Below are positions 27,067 through 32,000 of a stretch of DNA of 32,000 nt, in pieces; position 1 is the first letter of the stretch; each line of letters begins with the position of its first letter. The translations under genes and the position numbers were made by a program. The notes below the pieces were generated by a model. That model was not told the origin of the DNA, ran no database searches, and was given only the letters and a program-made list of their open reading frames with translations. Source of the DNA: Desulfocapsa sulfexigens DSM 10523 (GTDB lineage Bacteria > Desulfobacterota > Desulfobulbia > Desulfobulbales > Desulfocapsaceae); contig NC_020304.1 of assembly GCF_000341395.1 (NCBI RefSeq), positions 2,520,001 through 2,552,000 on the forward strand, given 5' to 3'.

Positions 27067-28161
27067 ATGTCTAAATATAACTTAACCGTAGGCCTTGATG
27101 ATCGCAGTTATCCTATTTTTATTGAGGATGGAATACTGGAAACCGTAGGTGCGGATATTGCCAAAAGAAACATCGCCGATCGTTTTGTGGTTATCTCCGA
27201 TGATTATGTTGCCAGCCTGTATGGTGCTACTCTTATGGCATCATTGAAGAATGCAGGTGTAGCTGCAGAACTGATCAGCTTTCCAAGGGGTGAGGCTTCA
27301 AAAAATCTTCAGGTATTTGCCGATCTTTCCTCGAAGCTTGCTCAGATGGGAATGGATCGAAAATCAGGACTCATTGCACTTGGTGGTGGGGTAACCGGCG
27401 ATCTTACCGGATTCCTGGCTGCAAGCTATATGCGCGGTATACCTTTTGTTCAGATTCCAACCACGTTACTGTCCCAGGTGGACAGCTCAGTTGGCGGCAA
27501 AACAGGAGTTGATATTCCCGAGGGTAAAAATCTGGTGGGGGCGTTTTATCAACCCAAAGCGGTTTACATAGACAGTGCCGTCCTTACCACACTTCCCCTG
27601 GAGGAACTGCTTGGTGGAATAGCGGAGGTCATAAAGTATGGTGTCATTCGTGACCTGGAATTTTACTGCTTTCTGGAGAGAAACCTGGATGCAATTCTTG
27701 GCTTGCAGCCTGCGATTATTCAGGAGATGATACATACCTGTTGCAGGATTAAAGCAGAGGTTGTGGCACAGGACGAACGGGAATCAGATCTGCGACGTAT
27801 TCTGAACTTTGGTCATACCATAGGGCACGCTGTTGAGGCGGCTTCGAACTTTACCTTGATTCATGGTCATGCTGTTGCCATCGGCATGGTAGCTGCACTT
27901 CGTATTGCTGTATCATCAGGACTCTGCAAACGAAAGGAAGCCGGGCGCGTTGCAACACTGATTCATGCTTTTGGCCTGCCCACAGAAATTCCTGAAGGAA
28001 TGGATGCTGAACTGATTAAATCCTATATGAAGAGCGATAAGAAAAGTATAGGTGGATCTGTCTTTTATGTTTTGCCGATAACCATCGGTGATGTGATTAT
28101 TACCAATGAAGTGACAGAAGAACAGGTTGATGCTGTCTTGGTTGTGAGGGGTGAGGGGTAG
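27067..28161 (+). CDS. aroB: 3-dehydroquinate synthase
   Basis: 364 aa with GLIALGGGVTGDLTGFLAASYMRGIPFVQIPTTLLSQVDSSVGGKTGVDIPEGKNLVGAFYQPKAV and LNFGHTIGHAVEA. Confidence 0.96.
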   Translation: MSKYNLTVGLDDRSYPIFIEDGILETVGADIAKRNIADRFVVISDDYVASLYGATLMASLKNAGVAAELISFPRGEASKNLQVFADLSSKLAQMGMDRKSGLIALGGGVTGDLTGFLAASYMRGIPFVQIPTTLLSQVDSSVGGKTGVDIPEGKNLVGAFYQPKAVYIDSAVLTTLPLEELLGGIAEVIKYGVIRDLEFYCFLERNLDAILGLQPAIIQEMIHTCCRIKAEVVAQDERESDLRRILNFGHTIGHAVEAASNFTLIHGHAVAIGMVAALRIAVSSGLCKRKEAGRVATLIHAFGLPTEIPEGMDAELIKSYMKSDKKSIGGSVFYVLPITIGDVIITNEVTEEQVDAVLVVRGEG

Positions 28162-28179
28162 AAATCCACCTATTGCTTT

Positions 28180-28234
28180 TAACGCCTAACGCCTTACTCC
28201 TCACTCCCAACTCCTAACTCCTCACTCCTACCCC
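28180..28234 (+). repeat. Short degenerate pyrimidine-rich tandem repeat (ACTCCTA/ACTCCTC-like 7-mers)
   Basis: aacgcctaacgccttactcctcactcccaactcctaactcctcactcctacccc lies between aroB and the fmdB-like gene. Confidence 0.7.
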
Positions 28235-28248
28235 CTGACACCCAGAAC

Positions 28249-28743
28249 ATGCCTATCTACGAATTCTATTGTGACAACTGTAATGTAGTCTTTAACTTCC
28301 TTTCCAATCGGATCAACACCACCTCTAAACCCGCTTGCCCACGTTGTGGGAAATTAGAAATCAGTCGTCAGATGTCCACCTTTGCTACCATTGGCAGGGC
28401 AGTAGAAGCAAGTGACGATATGATGGCAGGTATGGATGAGAAGAGGATGGAGGAGGCCTTCGGTTCTCTGATGCAGGAGGCGGAAGGGATGAATGAGGAA
28501 GATCCGCGGCAGATGGCCTCCCTGATGAGAAAGTTCACGGAGCAAACCGGAATGAGTTTAGGTGACACCATGGAAGAGGCAATCTCCAGAATGGAAAAGG
28601 GGGAAGATCCGGACCTGATTGAGAAGGAGATGGAAGGTCAACTTGATGGTGACGATCTGTTTTCATTTGATGGTATGAAAAAGAAAGCCCTCTCCGGGGT
28701 AAAGCCTGCCCCTGATCATGATGAGAAATTATACACACTGTAA
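28249..28743 (+). CDS. FmdB-family putative regulatory zinc-ribbon protein
   Basis: 164 aa, MPIYEFYCDNCNVVFNFLSNRINTTSKPACPRCGKLEISRQMSTFATIGR (CxxC...CxxC), with an acidic, Met-rich C-terminal extension. Confidence 0.82.
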   Translation: MPIYEFYCDNCNVVFNFLSNRINTTSKPACPRCGKLEISRQMSTFATIGRAVEASDDMMAGMDEKRMEEAFGSLMQEAEGMNEEDPRQMASLMRKFTEQTGMSLGDTMEEAISRMEKGEDPDLIEKEMEGQLDGDDLFSFDGMKKKALSGVKPAPDHDEKLYTL

Positions 28744-28753
28744 GCAATCTGTC

Positions 28754-30088
28754 CTAATCAATGTCATAGTTTTTTAATTTTTCCCACAGATTTTTCCTGC
28801 TGATTCCAAGAAGTTCTGATGTCTTGGTTTTGTTCCCCCCACAATGATTCAGCGCTTTGCGCAAACACACCTTTTCAGCAATGGCCATATTTTCAGCGAG
28901 GTTGAATCCCGTTTCTTTGCAACTTTCTATCGCGCAGAGTTCCGTTGGTAAATCTTCAGGATAGATTACCGGGCCACTGCAAAGAACCGAAGCCCGTTCC
29001 ATGAGGTTGTGCAGTTCTCTGGCATTACCCGGAAATGAATAGGTTTCCAGGCAGCTCAATGCTTCCTGAGATATGGAAAAAGGAGTGTTGTACGGAGAAT
29101 TGAACTCTTTAAGGAAATGATTGCAGAGTTCCGGGATGTCTTCCCTGTGTTCCCGAAGTGGTGGCATGACGATGGGAATTACCTTGAGCCTGAACAGGAG
29201 ATCCTGACGAAACCGTCCTTCATCCACTTCTTTTTGCAGATCCTTGGAGGTGCAGGCGAGAACTCGCACATTGACATTGATGGTGGAGCTTCCTCCCACA
29301 CGTTCAAATGCACCTTCCTGTAAGACCCGTAATAATTTCGCCTGGAGTGGGCCGGGGAGATCTCCAAGTTCATCAAGCAATAATGTTCCATTGTCAGCAA
29401 GTTCGAATTTCCCCTTCCGTTTTCTGTCCGCCCCGGTAAAAGCGCCACGCTCATGGCCAAACATCTCAGATTCCATAAGCCCCTCGGGAATAGCTGCACA
29501 GTTAATGGAAACAAATGGCTTGTCTCTGCGCAGGCTGGCCTTGTGGATTGCCCGTGCCGCAAGTTCTTTTCCTGTTCCAGATTCCCCGGTAATAAGTATG
29601 GTGGTATTTGTTGGGGCCGCCTGGCTGATAATGGAGTATACCTGCTGCATTGCAGGTGCCTTGCCGACAAGGCCACGATCGACGATACGACAGTTCTCCT
29701 CAAGTGTAGCAACCTGATTTTTAACCCGCTGGAAATCCAGGAGCCGGTTGCAGCGGATAATAAGATCATCCATATCGAAGGGTTTGAGTATATAATCCGA
29801 GGCACCTTGGCGAAGACAGTCAAGCGCATCATTCACAGATCCGTAAGCTGTCATAATAATGATGTCAGTTTCAGGTGAGAGCGTCTTGATTTTCTCGAGT
29901 AATTGTATCCCGTCCATACCAGGCATCCGAATATCTGAGATAACCAGATGGTAATCATTTTTCTCAAGCATTTTTACGCCATCAAGGCCATTTTCAACCT
30001 GATCAACATCCCAGTCAAATTGCTTTAATCTGTCGTAGACAGAAATACGCATTATTTCATCATCTTCAGCAAGAAGTATTCGTACCAT
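28754..30088 (-). CDS. Sigma54-dependent response regulator (NtrC/AtoC family)
   Basis: 444 aa. REC domain MVRILLAEDDEIMRISV...DLVISDIRMPGMDG, AAA+ domain ILITGESGTGKELAARAIH and GAFTGADRKRKGKFELADNGTLLLDELGDLP, and a C-terminal Fis-type HTH (NHCGGNKTKTSELLGISRKNLWEKLKNY). Confidence 0.96.
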   Translation of the reverse strand: MVRILLAEDDEIMRISVYDRLKQFDWDVDQVENGLDGVKMLEKNDYHLVISDIRMPGMDGIQLLEKIKTLSPETDIIIMTAYGSVNDALDCLRQGASDYILKPFDMDDLIIRCNRLLDFQRVKNQVATLEENCRIVDRGLVGKAPAMQQVYSIISQAAPTNTTILITGESGTGKELAARAIHKASLRRDKPFVSINCAAIPEGLMESEMFGHERGAFTGADRKRKGKFELADNGTLLLDELGDLPGPLQAKLLRVLQEGAFERVGGSSTINVNVRVLACTSKDLQKEVDEGRFRQDLLFRLKVIPIVMPPLREHREDIPELCNHFLKEFNSPYNTPFSISQEALSCLETYSFPGNARELHNLMERASVLCSGPVIYPEDLPTELCAIESCKETGFNLAENMAIAEKVCLRKALNHCGGNKTKTSELLGISRKNLWEKLKNYDID

Positions 30089-30094
30089 TTTTGA

Positions 30095-31696
30095 TTATAT
30101 CTCCATCGTATTTTGGGGGTATTCAGGGATGGTGACTGTAAAGGTGGTTCCAGTTCCTTCTTCACTTGTAACGGCTACCGTTCCTTTCATTTTACCAACG
30201 AGAGTATAGGTGACGGACAGGCCAAGGCCTGTTCCTACCCCGACATCTTTAGTTGTGAAAAAAGGATCAAAGATGTGAGTCAGAATATCTTCAGCAATCC
30301 CTGTGCCTGTGTCCGTAAATGTGAATCGAAGCTGCTGCTCTATCATTTCGGAGCGTATGTGCAATGAGCCGCCGTCAGGCATTGCCTGGATAGCATTGAG
30401 ACCAAGGTTTACAAAAATCTGTTTCAAGGCCTCTGCGTCGACATAGCATTCCTGCTCAATACTGTTTTCCTGGTGAATAACAATGCCTTTTAATTTGTAA
30501 GAAAGGAGTTCGAGGCATTCACCCAGCAGAGTCGCCACGTTTATTTTACGTAATTGTAACGGCTCCTGCCTGCCAAAATTGAGGAGTTGACGCATGGTGT
30601 GCTCTATTTGTTTCAGTCCTTTGTGGAGAAGGGGGAGGTACCGTTCATGCATTTCAAAATCTTCTGGATTTTCCCGCATGGATTTGACCAGATTAAGCAT
30701 TCCCCCAAGTGGATTATTGACTTCGTGGGCAATACCTGCTGAGAGGATCCCCATGGAGGCCATTTTCTCGTTGAACAGAGTCTGTTGCCTGGTAGTTTCG
30801 ATCTCTTTCTGGTAGCGGACAATACGCTGACAGAGTTCTGAAAAATGATCACTGAGGTGGCCAATCTCATCGTTACCGAATGGTAGCATCAGCTGGTCTG
30901 GTTCTGTTTCCGGAAAGGATTTTATGGCGGTGGAGAGTCTGTCAAGTCTGCTGACAACGAGGGTGTTGAACATAATTAACAGGGTTATGGAAACCAGGAC
31001 AAAGCTGATAAATCCAATGATAAAAAGAGACCTGTTATTTGCCTGTATTTTCTCATCGGCCCAGGCGATAGGGATGGTGATTGACAGGGCTCCTCGTATG
31101 TCGCCCTGGCTGTAACCATGGCGGGCATGGCATCCCAGACATGAGTCTTTGGTCTCAAGAGGGGCCATATAGCGTACAACACGGCCCTGGGGAGTGTCCC
31201 TGATTGCGATAGACTCTAAAAAACCATGATCGAAGTTTATCATACAGAGTTTTTCAAATTCATCTGGACCGTTTTCGGGATTAACAGGATGCAGACTGGT
31301 AACGCGGAAACTGCCAAGACCTTTATCCTGCGAATATTCGGAGAGTTCCCTGGTGACCATTGCCGGATTTCGCATCACATATTCATTCCCCTCCTGATCC
31401 CTGATGCTTGGCAGATCAAGGTATGGATTCTTGTTCACGGTATCCTTTCTGATAACGAAGAGTCCATTATGTTCAGAAACCCATTGCCTGGTAATAAGAA
31501 TCTGATTGTAGAGCATACGCGCCTGCTGTTGAGCCTGTAAAATAATCAGTTCATTATCAACCAGGGAAGTTCTGTAGAGAAAAACCATATAGGAGACAGA
31601 AATTATGGTGCCAATGGCCACTATGAACTTACCGCGCAGGGAAAACTTAGATTCCATCCACAGGTAAAGGGTTCTGAAACTGATAATTGATTTCAT
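30095..31696 (-). CDS. Membrane sensor histidine kinase with extracytoplasmic CxxCH-containing (Tll0287/DUF3365-like heme) sensor domain
   Basis: 533 aa. TM1, then LETKDSCLGCHARHGYSQGDIRGALSITIP, TM2, HAMP-like VVSRLDRLSTAIKSFPE, H-box MGILSAGIAHEVNNPLGGMLNLVKSM, and ATPase motifs NLGLNAIQAM, FTDTGTGI and GVGTGLGLSV. Confidence 0.92.
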   Translation of the reverse strand: MKSIISFRTLYLWMESKFSLRGKFIVAIGTIISVSYMVFLYRTSLVDNELIILQAQQQARMLYNQILITRQWVSEHNGLFVIRKDTVNKNPYLDLPSIRDQEGNEYVMRNPAMVTRELSEYSQDKGLGSFRVTSLHPVNPENGPDEFEKLCMINFDHGFLESIAIRDTPQGRVVRYMAPLETKDSCLGCHARHGYSQGDIRGALSITIPIAWADEKIQANNRSLFIIGFISFVLVSITLLIMFNTLVVSRLDRLSTAIKSFPETEPDQLMLPFGNDEIGHLSDHFSELCQRIVRYQKEIETTRQQTLFNEKMASMGILSAGIAHEVNNPLGGMLNLVKSMRENPEDFEMHERYLPLLHKGLKQIEHTMRQLLNFGRQEPLQLRKINVATLLGECLELLSYKLKGIVIHQENSIEQECYVDAEALKQIFVNLGLNAIQAMPDGGSLHIRSEMIEQQLRFTFTDTGTGIAEDILTHIFDPFFTTKDVGVGTGLGLSVTYTLVGKMKGTVAVTSEEGTGTTFTVTIPEYPQNTMEI

Positions 31697-32000
31697 ATGA
31701 TTCTCTACAGGGAGTTGGGGAAAGTATGTGTTGTGTGAAATGTTGCGCTACCGAAAGGTAACATCTTTTGTCGAAACTGTCGAATATCTTCAGTAATTAA
31801 CTATTTAGTTTAGTTCTTTCCTTTTTATTGTTTGTTACTAAACGGTATCATGGGATTGGTGGTGTGTTACCTTGAAGTAGCACTTCAGGGAAGCATGTGT
31901 AGTAATCTTTTGAAATTACAGAGATAATATTTTAGGTACACTTTTTGCTAGTTGTTTTTAATTATGATGGCTTTGACTTTATATGAATTGAAGTGATAGG

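Noticed and set aside
29117-29878. Overlapping ORFs on both strands inside the response regulator (29179..29832, 29244..29717, 29453..29878)
   Set aside because: They conflict with the intact REC-AAA-HTH protein on 28754..30088 and show no domain motifs.
28754-31696. Naming the two-component pair PilS/PilR
   Set aside because: The kinase has a periplasmic CxxCH sensor domain and HAMP rather than the multi-TM PilS architecture, and it is not adjacent to pil genes. A link to the pilus promoters is offered only as a testable hypothesis.
1-32000. CRISPR array, tRNA, rRNA, prophage or integrase genes
   Set aside because: No regularly spaced direct repeats, tRNA-like cloverleaf with anticodon context, rRNA segments or phage/integrase motifs were seen. 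Short structured RNAs cannot be excluded without covariance searches.

Overview
All calls come from reading the sequence and the supplied ORF track; no database searches were run. The window looks like a chromosomal segment of a sulfate-reducing, Desulfobulbales-like deltaproteobacterium (inference). It falls into five blocks. (1) About 1-7.9 kb, minus strand: a surface-glycan locus with a truncated TagD-like cytidylyltransferase, three GT2-like and one GT9-like glycosyltransferases, a Wzx-like flippase, and an unusual three-gene insert (small protein, nucleotidyltransferase-like protein, ParB-like protein). (2) About 8.2-8.9 kb: a HigB/HigA-type toxin-antitoxin pair. (3) About 9.0-22.7 kb, minus strand: a large type IV pilus region reading pilY1, fimT-like, pilV, pilW, pilX, pilE-like, then a very short 76-aa PilA. 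The PilA closely resembles the Geobacter 'PilA-N' pilin and is followed by a small secreted PilA-C-like protein. Next come an ABC-2 exporter with a membrane-anchored partner, a polytopic TPR protein resembling a PMT/TMTC-type glycosyltransferase, and a UbiA/DPPR-synthase-like prenyltransferase. (4) About 23.0-28.7 kb: CopZ/CopA, ATP sulfurylase, AroB and an FmdB-type zinc-ribbon protein. (5) About 28.8-31.7 kb: a sigma54-type response regulator and a sensor kinase with an extracytoplasmic CxxCH (probable c-heme) domain. The most interesting signal is the split short-pilin unit with its own putative sigma54 promoter and its tight linkage to an exporter plus a lipid-linked-sugar/glycosyltransferase pair, which could be a pilin or pseudopilus modification/export system.
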